NCBI RefSeq assembly: GCF_006345805.1
Contig: NC_042998.1
Coordinates: 135,346,001-135,410,000, forward strand
Reading direction: 5' to 3'
Length of the DNA: 64,000 bases
Source of the DNA: Octopus sinensis
Taxonomy: Eukaryota
Positions within the stretch are counted from its first letter, which is position 1, and each line of letters starts with the position of its first letter. The translations under genes and the position numbers were made by a program. The notes under the pieces were generated by a model. It saw nothing but the letters and a program-made list of their open reading frames with translations. It did no database searches and was not told the origin of the DNA. Positions 37,930-52,632 of the stretch are shown in pieces.

Positions 37930-38470
37930 TTTAAAGGAACATGAGTTGTCGGCTGGCACCCGTGCAGGAGTGACTGGTGTTTTATATACGAGTCACAATA
38001 GACAGTATTCAGAGCTTAGACATGTAGACCAGCCGGAGGGGGGGAGGGAGAATAGAAGAGGAGGAGAACTAATTCAGAAGAGAGGCCCCGGAGTAAGTGA
38101 TGAGTGGAAGTAGATGTCAAAAGTACAAAAATAATCTAGGGTGTGTACATTTGCTCAACTGGGCAAGACGAGGATTAGAAGAAAGAGCGATGACGCCATA
38201 AAGGTTTGATAGTTGAGTGGAAGAAAGAAACGAGCAGTGATATAATGTAAGCGGCAAAATTATTTAGAACAGCAGGATGAATAAAGGTAATAGTAGGTAA
38301 TGGAATGCTATAAAGCTTGAAAACAGCAGAAGTGAGCCAACGTGAGAATGACGGGATAAGATGAATGTTAAGTGATGGGGGGTAACAGATGTGACCCCAA
38401 GGGAGGAGAAAGACAGTGATGGTTGGGAGTAGAAAAGGACGGAAAGGGTAAGAGAGTACACTAGAGAGGG
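37930..38470 (-). mobile_element. Probable CR1/Jockey-group LINE 3' end
   Basis: Minus peptide LSRHSHVGSLLLF resembles the LSHRRNVASL.LFY C-terminal motif; highly decayed. Confidence 0.4.
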
Positions 38471-38519
38471 AGGTTTATAATCATTCCTCTCTAGTGTAGA
38501 GGATAGCCTAATTGCAGTC

Positions 38520-39470
38520 TCTTATACATCAGCCTGGTGAAGGGATGTAGGTGGACCAATACAGTCTCAGGTTCATAAGCCTAGTGAAGGGTGAGAGAGT
38601 CAGACAGATGAAGAGAACCATTATAGTTTCTTATACATTGTCAACAAAGGCCAGGTACAGTTGTTTACTCTTAGCTAAGGATTTCTCTTGTATTTATTTC
38701 ATCAAGAAGATTGCATTTCTGGGTAGAAAACCGAGCTGCCTTTTATCATGGCTAACTGCACCCCTGATTAGTTCTGTTGTGACCCTCATCACGACTTCCA
38801 TAGCCTGATCCAACAATTTCCTGCTCCTATAATTCCTTCTTTCTAGTTCACCTCCTTCGCCTTGGTAGTAGTTTACAGTGATACTACTTCACAAATCATT
38901 GGATAAGATACCTTTCTGTATTACTTGATTAACTAGTCAGGCAATTATCGTGATCCTACATCGCCAGATATTTTTAGTATCTAAGCAACAATCACAGATG
39001 AGCCAGCAGCTCTCCCCACCTACATGTCGTTAATTACTCAATCCATCACACTTGAATTGCTTGTGTCTCTGCTGGGTCATCCACGCCTCTTCCTTTTATC
39101 AGGTCTAAGAGCATGTGTGCCTTCATCATTTCAGATACACTTCAACCTGATGACATCTGGATTGTCTCTGGCACTCTGTCTTGCAATCCAGAACGTATCA
39201 CATCTCTGATCATGTCGCAGAACATGTGCAAGTTTCTTTCTGCTTACCGAAAGCTAAATTTCCCTGATGTCTAGTTTCCCTTCCAGCTATTTGGTAATGG
39301 TCTCTACTTACATAATTCTTCCAAGCTTTCCAAGTCAGTCTTTCAGTTTTTGTATCTCTATGATTTCATTGCACCAAGCCACACCTCCAGGAACTCCTAG
39401 TAGTCTTCTACGCTACAAGTATCTAACTCCTCTTTATGGTCATATATATCATGTAAAATTTCTCTGAGCC
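38520..39470 (-). mobile_element. RTE-clade LINE reverse transcriptase remnant
   Basis: Minus NYRSRKLLDQAMEVVMRV...QLGFLP..NAIFL...QEKSLAKSKQLYLAFVD, matching RTE RT motifs NYRGIKLL, QFGF and LYLAFVDLEKAFD; stops and indels present. Confidence 0.8.
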
Positions 39471-39472
39471 TA

Positions 39473-39476
<4 letters not shown>

Positions 39477-39516
<40 letters not shown>

Positions 39517-39759
39517 ATCTTTCATCTGTTTCAGTCATTGGACTACGATCCGTCCATCCATCTACCCATACATGTGTATATACACACACATGCCATATAG
39601 ACATATATACGTGTGTCTATGCATCTAGTATGTATATACATATACATACAAACATATATATATATATATAATATACATATACACAAATGACATATATATA
39701 TATATATATATGTATACATATATATATATATATGTATACATATATATATATATGTATAC

Positions 39760-39822
<63 letters not shown>

Positions 39823-39837
39823 GTATGTATACATATA

Positions 39838-39876
<39 letters not shown>

Positions 39877-40057
39877 TACATATATATTTGCATTATAGGA
39901 TTTGTGTGTGTGCATATATTATATATATATATATATATATTATATATTATATATGTATGTATACAATATATATATGTATATATATATTATATATATAATA
40001 TTATATATATATATATGCATACATATATATTTGCATTATAGGATTTGTGTGTGTGCA

Positions 40058-40101
<44 letters not shown>

Positions 40102-40122
40102 GTGTGTGTGTGTGAGTCCGTT

Positions 40123-40175
<53 letters not shown>

Positions 40176-40480
40176 TCTGATAAATACCTGGCTAGCTAAG
40201 TAGATAGAAAGATATAGATATAACTACATACACACACGATCGCGCGCATACACACACGACGTACACGCAAACGCACACACCCATGTATATATGTATATAG
40301 TATGCATGTATGCATGCATGCATGCATGTATGTATGTATGTATGTATGTATGTATGTATGTATGTATGTATGTATGTATGTATGCATGTATGTATGTATG
40401 TATGTATGTATGTATGTATGCATGTATGTATGTATGTATGTATGTATGTATGTATGTATGTATGTATGTATGTATAACTA
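39477..40480. repeat. Compound microsatellite block containing a 46-bp tandem duplication (about 39872-39917 and 40015-40060)
   Basis: ATATGCATACATATATATTTGCATTATAGGATTTGTGTGTGTGCATAT occurs twice. Confidence 0.9.
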
Positions 40481-41031
40481 GATTAACACAGCAGTGAGCC
40501 ACTGTAAGGAAGTTAGTCATGAGTGAGTTGCTAGGTCGTATCACACTGTCTGTTATGTTTACCTTAAAAGGGATCATGAAACAGCAACTATATACACTCC
40601 GTTATCAAACTGCTGTAAAAAATTTCCTTATCGTAACTTGTGTGTTAAACTTTTGCTTCAGCACTATAGACTTCTAATTTCTATATAGACACACCTATAC
40701 ACCTATAGACATTAGGTATACCGTCATAAAACAAGATTCATGGCAGTCTTTATAATACAGAGTGGGCCAATAGTCACGCACCAAAACATTTGACATTTTC
40801 ATTTATCTATTTATTTATGTGTTATAGTCAGTTGACTGCGGCCATGCTGGAACACCGCATTGAAGAGTTTTTAGTCGAGCAAATCGACCCTAGCACTTAT
40901 TTCTTACATATTCTACCGGGTTCTTTTGCCGAACCGGTAAGTTACGGGGACGTAAACACACCAGCACCGGCTGTCAAGCGGTGATGAGGGGGGGATGACA
41001 AACCCAGACGTAAAGACACAGACACACACAG

Positions 41032-41062
<31 letters not shown>

Positions 41063-41082
41063 TGTATACATACATACATATT

Positions 41083-41114
<32 letters not shown>

Positions 41115-41200
41115 TACAGTTATGTGTGTGTGTGTATCTTTGTGTTTGTGTTTGTCTCCCCATCACAGCTTGACAGCCAGTCCTGGTGTGATTGCTTATT

Positions 41201-41233
<33 letters not shown>

Positions 41234-41239
41234 TATATG

Positions 41240-41323
<84 letters not shown>

Positions 41324-41384
41324 TATAATATAACATATAGTGTATGTAGTATGTATGTAGGTATGTATGTAATGTATGTATGTG

Positions 41385-41426
<42 letters not shown>

Positions 41427-41598
41427 ATATATATACGGACGGACGGGGTTCTTTCGGTTTCCGTCTGCCAAAACCAATAACAAGTTTTTGGGCCCGATGC
41501 TACAATAGGATACAGTTGGCCAAGTGCCTTGTAGCGGGACTGAGCCGAGATGTGAAGGAAGTTTCTTACTATACAGCCAGGCTTGTACCTATATTAGA

Positions 41599-41655
<57 letters not shown>

Positions 41656-41681
41656 AAAGTAGTCAGTAGTTAATGATAATG

Positions 41682-41732
<51 letters not shown>

Positions 41733-41748
41733 TAATAATAATAATAAA

Positions 41749-42335
41749 GCTGATGCAGTACCAGACCAGGCAGCGGCTCTCAGGTTCTGATCTTAACTGA
41801 TTGGAAGTGTCATCATGTACATTGTTTTGTCTTGGTATAAAAGATGGGCTACAGCAAATATTCTGCTCAATACCACAGATTTGCTTGTCAGTTGTTTGAC
41901 CTTAACCAGTTGAGCATGTCCCTTAGTGGCTGACGATATGTGCATCTCTGATCACGAGCAGAAGTAGTGGGGGAGCTTCATAGCTATGTATTGAGAGGGA
42001 TTCTTTGGTGTTTGAATAATTCACCTCTGGAAACATGGGTGGTTCTTTCAAAATCCTTAAACAACCCTTATTCAGGGATCTTTTGAGCGGGATGGGCTAC
42101 TCGACCTGAAGAAAATTCTAACTGGGGCCCACTGCAAGGTCATGCGTTGTGTTACCTGATATGAGATCACCATGTCGCGCACATATGGTTGTGATGCATG
42201 TGCCTGGTGTACCCTTATCAGACGATTATCATGATGGGTATATTGGACTTCGTATATTTACCCCAGTGTCACTTTGATGGCATTGAACTGCTCTCTCACT
42301 CAATAATAATTATAATAATAATAATTATTATTATT
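41749..42335 (+). mobile_element. Interspersed retroposon-like repeat ending in an (AAT)n tail
   Basis: About 550 bp, non-coding, between (TAG)n/(TAA)n and ...CTCTCTCACTCAATAATAAT; I recall it as an abundant octopus repeat, class not established. Confidence 0.5.
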
Positions 42336-43449
42336 ATGTTCATCAAGTACGTGTGTATTCATTATTATTTTATTTTACAAAAATCGAAGTATGTCTTTGA
42401 CAGTTCCAGAATGTATTGCAATTATCTTGTGTGACTTATGGCCCACCCTGTATTACAAAGATGAAATGCACACTGGTAGTGTACATAGTTAGGAGCGCGT
42501 ATTATAATCACGGATAATTAATGTTATTAAACGGTTATTGTTCTCAGTCAGATATTGGTGTAAAAAAAAAAGTTGCGTCTTAAAATGTTCACAATGAGTG
42601 TATAGTACGCTGTAACACACACGTGAATGTGTGCTTGTGTGTATGTGGTGTGTGCACGTGTGTACATATTGTACACACACGCACGCGCGCACACACATAT
42701 ATATATATATATACATACATGCATATGTACAAATATACATGTATGCATGTGTGTGTGTGTGTGTGAGTGTGCGTATATATATATATATATATATATAAGA
42801 CATATGTATGTATAAGCGTGCTTATGAGAGCAATATTTATTTATGCATACCTATACACACATGATTTATTTGCGTATATATATTTAAGTGAATATATGCA
42901 TGAATGAATGTATGCATGTGTGTGCATACATACACAGATACAAACACACACACACGCATACATAAACACATACATGCTCGTGTACATGTGTATATTTTTT
43001 CGTTTTCGATACATTTTTTTAGTTCGTTTATCCACAGCCAGATACCCTTTCTCTCATTAAATGTTACCTCTTTTCCGAGCAAGACATCTCTTGTTTCACG
43101 CCTCTCCGAACATGCAAAGCTAGTGGAAGATTTGTTGATTGAAGAAATGACAATATCACCGCTTTGTCCCTCACGATTTTCAAAGAAGCGCAAATGAAAA
43201 CAGGCACACCCACTCAATCAGAAACACACACTCAGCACGCGCGCGCGCGCGCATGTGTGTGTGTATCGTTGTATCTGTTTGTCCTCCACCACCGTTTGAC
43301 AACTGGTGCTGGTTTGTTTACGTCCCCATAACTTAGCAATTCGACAAAAGAAACCGTACAAGGTTCGATTCTTCAAGACCGTGCCACAGCATGACCGCAG
43401 TCTGATGACTGAAACAAGTAAACGGTAAAAGATAAAAGATATATGTATG

Positions 43450-43855
43450 AGTGGCTGTGTAGTAAGTAGCTTGTCTACCAACCGCATGGTTCCGGGTTCA
43501 GTCCCACTGCGTGGCACCTTGGGTAAGAGTCTTCTACTATAGCCTCGGGCCGACCAAAGCCTTGTGAGTGGATTTGGTAGACGGAAACTGAAAGAAGCCC
43601 GTCGTATATATGTATATATATATATATATATATGCGTGTGTGTGTGTTTGTGTGTCTGTGTTTGTCCCCTAGCATTGCTTGACAACCGATGCTGGTGTGT
43701 TTACGTCCCCTTTACTTAGCGGTTCGGCAAAAGAGACCGATAGAATAAGTACTGGGCTTACAAAGAATAAGTCTCGGGGTCGATTTGCTCGACTAAAGGC
43801 GGTGCTCCAGCATGGCCGCAGTCAAATGACTGAAACAAGTAAAAGAGTAAATGAG
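43450..43855 (+). mobile_element. Near-complete family B SINE
   Basis: GTGGCTGTGTAGTAAGTAGCTTG...GGCACCTTGGGTAAG...(TA)(TG)n...GGCCGCAGTCAAATGACTGAAACAAGTAAAAGA. Confidence 0.9.
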
Positions 43856-44279
43856 TATATGTATATATAAATCCCATCATCTATGTGGTCGTTTAGTATG
43901 CTAGAAATAGAGACTCGGAAACGTGATTGGCTCTTCTTTATATCTAAAAGAAAGTCATGAGATTTGTAAGTGATTAGTATAGTGCCCAGCCAAAGAGGCA
44001 GTTACTCTAAATTTCCTTTTTTGTATTTATGGGACGGTCGAATTATAGGAGATCATTGAGAAAGAAGAGATTACGATGTTGGGAAGCAAAACATCTTGAA
44101 CATTCTCCTAGTATAGCCAGAAAACGCTACTTTTCCAGTACTTTTTATTAAACTAGGTTTGAAGGAATAAGTTATTAAAGCTGTATATAAAGATAGGCAC
44201 TTCTTTCAAATGTATCTGTGGAAATATATTACTCTAAAAAGTGAATAATCCAAAGTAACTTTGATGGTCCTAACATAAT

Positions 44280-44321
<42 letters not shown>

Positions 44322-44583
44322 TATATTATATATATATATATATAGAGATATATGAATAAAATGGAGTTAACGCAGGTGTAATCAAATATTTTTACTTTCG
44401 ACACATGTTTCGAAAATTCCACTGATACTATCCAAAAGAATACATGGTATAAACAATGCAATCTTCTCCTCAGGAAAGTAAAAAAAACGAAACTCGTCAA
44501 TAAGACATTTTAGCTACCCGGGTACTATTTTATTTTTTTTTTTTTTTTTCCGTGTTAATTGTTAACAAGGTAAAAATACACTC

Positions 44584-44634
<51 letters not shown>

Positions 44635-44667
44635 AACTCATATATCCTCATCTTTTTTATATATATA

Positions 44668-44707
<40 letters not shown>

Positions 44708-44759
44708 ATATATATATAATAGTTTTATATAGCTATTTATATAGCTATTATATAGCTAG

Positions 44760-44793
<34 letters not shown>

Positions 44794-45140
44794 CTATATA
44801 TATATATATAATATATTTATTATATATATATAATATATATTATAGCTGCACTAAGCGGGTTCTCATCTTCAACTGGGTAGTCTGGACCAGCGTGAAATGA
44901 AAGGTCTTGCTCAAGAATATATATATATATATATCCCAGTGAAGATGAGAACCAGCTTAGTGCAGCATATATATATATAATATATATATATATTATATAT
45001 ATATATATATATATAATCTAATATATATATATAAATAGCTATATATATATATATAATAGCTATATATATTATATAGATATATATATTATATATTATATAA
45101 TATATATATATATATATACTAAATAAATAAATAAAGATGA
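44280..45140. repeat. Long (TA)n-rich tract with an internal fold-back
   Basis: Inverted arms at 44843-44877 and 44935-44966; mirrored CCTCATCTTT/AAAGATGAGG and TAGCTA motifs on either side. Confidence 0.8.
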
Positions 45141-45171
45141 GGTATATATTAGTTTGCATAAATCTATTGGT

Positions 45172-45480
45172 GGAGGCGCATGGTTAGGGTAGCGGACTCG
45201 CGGTCGGAGGATCGCGGTTTCGATTCCCAGACCGGGCATTGTGTGTGTTTATTGAACGAAAACACCTAAAAGCTCCACGAGGTTCCGGCAGGGGTGGTGG
45301 GGGTGGCGACCCCTGTTGTACTCTTTCACCCCAACTTTCTCTCACTCTTTCTTCTTGCTTCTTGAGTAACGCTGCGATGGACTGGCGTCCAGTCCAGCTT
45401 GTGGGGAACACATACGCCATAGAAACCGGGAAACCAGGCCCATGAGCCTGGCTAGGCTTGAAAAGGGTGCATAAATAAAT
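45172..45480 (+). mobile_element. SINE family C, near full length
   Basis: tRNA-like head GGTTAGGGTAGCGGACTCGCGGTCGGAGGATCGCGGTTTCGATTCCCAG; V-like GCGATGGACTGGCGTCCAGTCCAG; (ATAA)n tail. Confidence 0.8.
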
Positions 45481-46488
45481 GAATGATAAATCTATTGAAA
45501 GAAATAGTTGTGTAGCATTTGCTAAATTTGTGAAAAACTTTTCGTTTTGGGCAACAATAAATCTCAAAACTTTGAAAACCTGATAAATAATTTTGTTTTC
45601 CTTTTCGGAATCGAAAATGCAACACGAGTGAACAGTTTTGAAACACTATATTAAGTCAAAATCGTGATCCGTGTAAAATATTGTGTTTATAACACAATGT
45701 GTCTATGAAGAGATTTTCTCTCACAAAATCTACAGCGTCATAACTTTCAAGAGTGAATATAGATTTTGTATGATACACTGATGGCAATTATACGATATGA
45801 ATGCTTAAAGTACATTTTAGTTGGCTGTTAATTTAATGAGTGTCAGTGAAAAGGAAGGAGAGCGTCTCCATCGAGACATAAACAGTATAGAAAAAATACC
45901 TGCGGGGTAGAATAAAAATATGATGACAGGCTAGTGTTGGCGCTTTATATGAAAACAGACGAGATATAAGTATATTCAGCTATGAAAGAAGAGAAAGCTG
46001 CTTCCTTAAACAGTGTACATGCCGAACCACCATTGTCTTTATGCTAATTCTAAATGTTCAGACGTTGAATTAACATGATACAGATGGAATTTGTTGGCTG
46101 GTTAATGCATTACTTCCTACAACACAGTGCTATCTATTTCATATATGTGTCATTTCAGTGATATTTGACGTATTTTTTTTAGTTTTGTTGAGGCTGGATA
46201 ATGCAAGAACGGCTACATTTGTATTATAAAATATGACAATTTTTAAAATAAAGTTTTGCAAAATATATTTGATTTTCATAAAGACATTAATACAATGTAA
46301 AACAAAAAAAATTAGGTGAACAGTGTAAGGCCTTCCTATAAAATAGCTCATAACTTCTTTTTGTACTGATATATGCACATATATATGTGTGTGTGTGTGT
46401 GCATCGAAAAACCAGATATGGGTACCATTCATGAAAAAAGTAAAAAAGAATGCAGTCCAGCAAAATACACACACACAAACGCACGCAT

Positions 46489-46522
<34 letters not shown>

Positions 46523-47639
46523 AACATACATACATACATACATACATACATACATACATACATACATACATACATACATACATACATACATACATACATA
46601 CATAGACACACATACGCGCATACACACTAGCTACTCTAGAGTCATGATGTGGTTGCAAAAAAGAAAAACTATTTACAGTGTTAATCGCAGACAAAAATGC
46701 CCCAACAGATACATCAAAGTCATGTCAGAACCAGAATGTGTTTACACCTCTACACAAGGAATTCTGGAGGACTATTCCAATAAAAACAGCAATCACTCTC
46801 AAGCGCAACAGATATATGATATTATTCTGTGGCACAGTAGCTGCTCAGTAGATGTGAACGTACTATGAAAAGTGCAGGTCAACGAGAACATTAATGGTGA
46901 ACTAATACAGAATATACAACTCTTCTACACTGACTATAAATTTTCATTTGTACCTATCATCATAGTTGCATTATTTTATGTGACTATGGAGTTGCACAAA
47001 AACCAAAAATGCTACGAGTTTCCAAAAAGTACAAAAGAAACTCTAAATCCAATCAATTTAGAGGTACAGAAAGATTTTGTAAGATATTCTAAAGATTCTC
47101 CATTTGAAATTATTTTAATGAATTTTTTTTTATTTGAGGCAGTTGTATCTAGAACCGTGTAATTAATGCATGTGTGTGTGTTGTGTGTGTGTGTGTGTAA
47201 GTGTGTGAGTGTGTGTGTAAGTGTGTGAGTGTGTGTGTGTGCATGAGTGTGTGTGTGTGTGAGAGTGTGTGCAACAACGGGAGCGACCAGGTGGTGTGCA
47301 CTATTCTTGAGCAAGACCTTTCATTTCACGCTGGTCCAGACTACCCAGTTGAAGATGAGAACCAGCTTAGTGCAGCTATTTGTCCTTCCAGCAGAAAGAA
47401 CAAATGCAGACACGCATACATATGTATTCATACATCCTTGATGTTCCGCTCAATCAAAGATTGTTCGCAACTACATAGGCATCTGAAACAATTTGAGAAA
47501 GCATGGTACGTGCTAGCGGGCAATTGGTCGGCCCGTGGCTATAGTAGAAGACACTTGCCCAACATGCCGCGCAGACGGACTGAACACGAAACTACGTGTT
47601 TGCAAAAGGAGCTTCTTAATCACACAGCCATGTCTGCGC

Positions 47640-47696
<57 letters not shown>

Positions 47697-47791
47697 ATAT
47701 ATATATATATATATATAAACTAATACACCTGTTTGTTGTTTACACACCTGTCTTCGTCTTTTGTTTTTTATAAATTCCAACCGACTATACA

Positions 47792-47822
<31 letters not shown>

Positions 47823-48041
47823 GTGTTATCCGAAATGGAGGCGAACATCTTTCTCCATGTGATTGGCTTGAAAAATTGTTAAGACACTAGGATATTTTTC
47901 TACTTTTCTTAGTATGAAACCAATGGTAGCCTTAATTCACAAATAAAGAAATTATATCCACCAATGTGGTGTTGAGCACTCATTTTCATTGTTCGACATT
48001 TACGTGTGTGTGTGTGTTGTGGGTGTGTGTGTGTGTGTGTG

Positions 48042-48076
<35 letters not shown>

Positions 48077-48699
48077 CGTGTGTGTGCGCGTGTATACATA
48101 TATCTAGTTGTAAAACAAAATTGTTGCTACGTGTTGGAATGATTACAGGTGTACTCGGTTTGGTGTGTTGGATGAATGGATAACGAAAGAAAGACCAAAA
48201 TCTTGCAGTAATGAATGCGAATGTTTTCTGCTAAAATCCGATTTAAAGTGTGTTGGTCTGTAATGGGATGTAGCAATGGACGGATACCGAAAGAAGCGTC
48301 TGGGGTGGAAACATTATGGTGGAAACCGAGCAGAAAGAAGATACGAAGCTGATATAGCAAAGATGTTGTAGAAATTATCTGAAATGCTTCAGGAAGATTT
48401 AGACGATGTTGGTACCTTACCATTTAATTCACATGTATGTATGTATGTATGTATGTATGTATGTATGTATGTATGTATGTATGTATGTATGTATGTATGT
48501 ATGTATACACACTTACACGCGCGCGGGGATATTTCTAGCATATTCTACACACACACACATACACACGCACACACACACAAACACACACACATACACACAC
48601 AAATATGTACACTCATTATTATTATTATTATTATCATCATCATCATCATTATTATTGTTATTATTATTGTTGTTATTTTTGTAATAATAATAATTTATA

Positions 48700-51600
48700 A
48701 TAATTTCTTTCGTTAGCCACAGGATACATGACAAAGAAAAGAAACAGTTTGTGTTGGGTTTTACATGAAGGATGGAGTGAAAGAAATGGATAAGACTGAA
48801 ATGAGATAAAATTGTACATAGTATAATACCAAGTATGTGATAACAAGAATGATGCAGTCTTTCTGCTACAGGAGAAACTCCAACAAGGAACCCCACAGAT
48901 CCAATATTACCCTGATCACCAAAGGTACGAGCCCTTTCTCTTATACTCCGATTTACAGGCGCATAGTCACCCATCTTTTTATAAATCATTTTCGCCATAG
49001 TTACCCATCTTTTTATAAATTTACTGGGAGGTAGCACTTCCCTCTTCACTTTCACTTTCCTTTTTAAGTGGAACTTATAAATTCGTTGAGAGCTTGACCG
49101 AAGAGGAAGGAGTCTTTCCTCAATCCTTTCAGCCTCGTCCACTACACAACCTCTTTCACCATTGCCACTAGACACAAGAACACCGCCTGCTCTGCTTTCT
49201 TAAAGGTGGATGGGGGGGGGGCGATCCCCACGATGGACTTGGCTGCTAGTCGAACTTGTCCCAGGAGTGATAACAGTTCCCTGACATAGCTTGACAAATC
49301 AACAATACTCGGACGTTGCACCAGTGCATGCAGGACTGTTTCGTCACTCTGCGCGCATTTCGGACAGTCCTGTCTGATAGCACTTCCGTGCTTGTAGAGT
49401 TTATCTGTAACTGGCAGTGCTCTTTGGCAGCACTACCAGGCCAGGCGTTTCTGTAATTTATCCATGGTAGTACCGAGCCCGAAAATTCTCCGAAATAGAC
49501 CAGCTAATTCATCCTCGTCGACGCCTGGAGTTTCCCCGAGAATGTCGTCACTCCTACTCACCGCTAGATTTCTATATATTGCTACCATAGAACTTCCACC
49601 GACCATATTGTCTGACTGGTAGAGATCATTGAGCACCTGATAACATTCCAAATGCCAAGAGCCTAATCTTAGTCTTTGCTTGACTCACGTTTGTTGATCC
49701 ATCAAAAAGAAAAGCGTGTCTTACAAATGGTAACCATATTGGCTCGCCGTCTGGGGAAATCTTAGCCAAAATCTCAAACTCTGTATTTAGCAGTGTTATG
49801 GATAGAAAATTCCCCAGCATGTACCCATTGTCGGCGTCCTTCCCCAGCAGCATCACCACATCCCAGTTAACAACACTAGGGATTCTGACGTTCTGCTGCC
49901 AGTTAAGATTGACGTCTGCCAAAAGGCCACCAAACATGAACTCATAGAATACATAGGGTAGACTATCTAAATTGGGCAATTTGCAACTTATACAACCGCC
50001 CATTGCCTCCCGTATTTCAGTGGCCATTATCGCGTCCACTGCCGAGAGTCGTGGCACACCGTCCAGGTATGAACTAAAGTCTGCTACCATCTTCGACCCA
50101 TTGCCATATCTAAACAGCCGCGCGAAGTGCTGCTGGAAAGCTGTACAAATCTGCTCAGAGCTAAGTAGCACATGCCTGCCCCGATCCATCAAAGACCTGG
50201 TCCTGGCTTTGTTGTCACGTCGCGTCTTCACAGTTCGGGCCCATCGGATGGATTTAGTTCCTTCGTGTTTGAGCGCATGGGCCCTAGCTCTGACAACGCA
50301 GCCCCCGTGTTTCACCTCGAAGAAATGGTCAAGGACATTCTCACCACTTGCACATCAGTCGCGATGCCTTTACCAATCGACTATTTTAGTTTGCTAACTA
50401 GTTCACCCTCTGACCTATTTCTTTCTGTTGCTTACTCTTTGCTAAACGCTATCGATTCTACTCTAATCGCCTTCTTTAGGCCGACCCTTCTCCGGTTGTT
50501 GACTATTACTCCCGTCAACTGCCGCTTAACTAGTTCACTAATCTGGCTCCTGTAGTCTTTGCATGCCGGAAAGTATGCATTCAACTTCCAGTCTACGAGT
50601 TCTATTGAAATCGACTGTGCAGATGAAAATTTTGTGGTCTGTATAGCCAACCAATTTAAATTGTGGATAGCCTATGCTTTCCCTGCCCGTTGACCTGGCA
50701 AATGCTGTATCTAGATACCATCTGAACAACCCGATGTGGTTGCTCCATATCCACACTGGCACATCAAGGAGATTCAGTCATTATTTATGAGACAGTTGGA
50801 AGTTTCTGAGCAGGTTTTCAAGGCTTTTGTGCCTCCCTCTGTTATATACTAGCCTCACACACTCCTTCCGTGAGTCCAAAATACTATTCTAGTCTCCCAC
50901 TAGTACTAAAGTGCGAGACGTTCTCAGGAATGTTTCTTGGCGCCTGAAGAAATCTGGCCTTCCAGCACTTGTCGGGGCATAAATGGCCACCTGTCTGAAT
51001 GCGCCATTTTCTCTGCCATTCACGTCTAGGACCACCAACCTACGTTCCAGGTCCAAGAAGATTGCCCGCACTTTGAGACCTAATCCTTTTTGGTTAGAAT
51101 GCCGCCCGCTCCCGACTGAGCACAATGCGAATATATTGCGATAAAGGAATATTGTGATAAGCTGATAATTACACAAGTGTCGATTGTTTGTCATTTTGTT
51201 GTTTGGGTGTTTCTTTTTGTTTTTGTGATTTTTTAAAATTCGTTCGTGGTTGTAAGTTGGTTTTCTTGTGATGGTATTGCTGTTGGTGTTGATGTTTGAT
51301 TTTGTGACGGATTTTCTATATTACCGTCATGTCTTAAGGCCTTCAATTTGGACCGTCTTCTATTTATTTGAGTTTGAGTTTTCTCCTTATCCCCGACAAA
51401 AGCCTTTTGGTGCGATTTCAACGAACCTTTATTTCCTAACGAGGCCTTCGCTTTTGTGAGGACTGAATCAGAGGAAAGAGGCAGATATGAGCTAGTTTTA
51501 GTGTTCTCACGTAATGTTTGAAGAGGGGGTTTATCCTGTGGAGTTGGTTGTAACGGTGGAGAGCACCGTGCTTTCTCCTCCACGTGTCAAAAAGGTTTCG

Positions 51601-52140
51601 AGGTGGTTAGTATTCCCATACACGAAACATTTAGGTTTTCCGCTCCCTATAAACACCAACATCTGCTCGCATTCCCCGAAACAGAAAAATCTGGAATGCG
51701 ATTTAGTTTTCTGGAGAAACTAGTATCTGAAATTTCATAAGAATTTCAGTCCTGTTGAGTTGTGTGGTGAACTTCACCTCCATAATCTCCCTATGCACCT
51801 CCAGAATGGTTAAGATCCTTACTAGATTTTGATGAACCTGCACGTTCTTGATTTGAATTCGAGTCAACCTTTCAATCTTTTAACCATGTAATGAGGAATC
51901 ATTATAAAGTCTGGAATGAGCAGGTAATTGCTACCATTCTTCTGGTTTCTTACTCACTGGTGCTTTTAACGGCTATAGCCCCGTATTATTTTCCTTTATA
52001 CATGTGTAGCACCGAGGGTCACACATCTTGGAGGCATTTATTTTATTTCTGTCGGAGCAGGAAATTTAAGCTTGCTCACCTTGCGAGAAGCGCATTTATA
52101 TACCATTTTTTTTCGTTCAGAGTTAGCTTTTTTCCGCCTC
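48700..52140 (-). mobile_element. L1/Tx1-clade LINE with ORF1, APE, a partial RT and zf-RVT; RT core deleted
   Basis: Minus peptides RLVVLDVNG..FRQVAIYAP..LVLVGD (APE), GYTDHK, LPNLDSLPYVFY, ITLLNTEFEILAKI (RT N-terminus), then DKLYKHG..CPKC...ETVLHALV; many stops and frameshifts. Confidence 0.88.
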
Positions 52141-52147
52141 TCTAAGC

Positions 52148-52407
52148 GACGTCGTGGGCAGATTTATTTTTTACTATAGTACCAGGCCAACCAAAGACTT
52201 GTGAGTGGATTTGTTAGACGGAAGATGAAAGAAGTCCGTCGAATACATACATACATACATACATACATACATACATACATACATACATACATACCTACAT
52301 ACATACATACATACATACATACATACATACATACACACATACATACATACATACCTACATACATACATACATACATACATACATACATACATACCTACAT
52401 ACATACA

Positions 52408-52438
<31 letters not shown>

Positions 52439-52632
52439 TCATGTACGTATGTGTGTATGTGTGTGTGTGTGTGTGTATGTGTGTGTGTGTGTGTGTGCGT
52501 GCGTGCGCGTATCTGAATTCCTGTTTGTTCCCCACCACCGTTTGACAACTGCAGTTGGTTTGTATACGTCCCCGCAACTTAGCGGTTCGACAAAGTGCCC
52601 GATAGATTAAGTACCAGGCATTGAAAAGTATC
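52148..52632 (+). mobile_element. Family B SINE body, 5' truncated; a local duplicate of 54960-55290
   Basis: Shares private variants with the 54890-55350 copy. Confidence 0.8.

Noticed and set aside
45172-45245. tRNA gene
   Set aside because: The A-box/B-box head continues into a SINE body, and I could not build an acceptor stem or full cloverleaf; the same applies to the other SINE heads
48135-48415. Protein-like plus frame (…WDVAMDGYRKKRLGWKHYGG…)
   Set aside because: Two in-frame stops and no recognisable motif
48513-49175. 220-aa ORF as a host gene
   Set aside because: It lies in the 3' end of the L1/Tx1 element and runs into microsatellites
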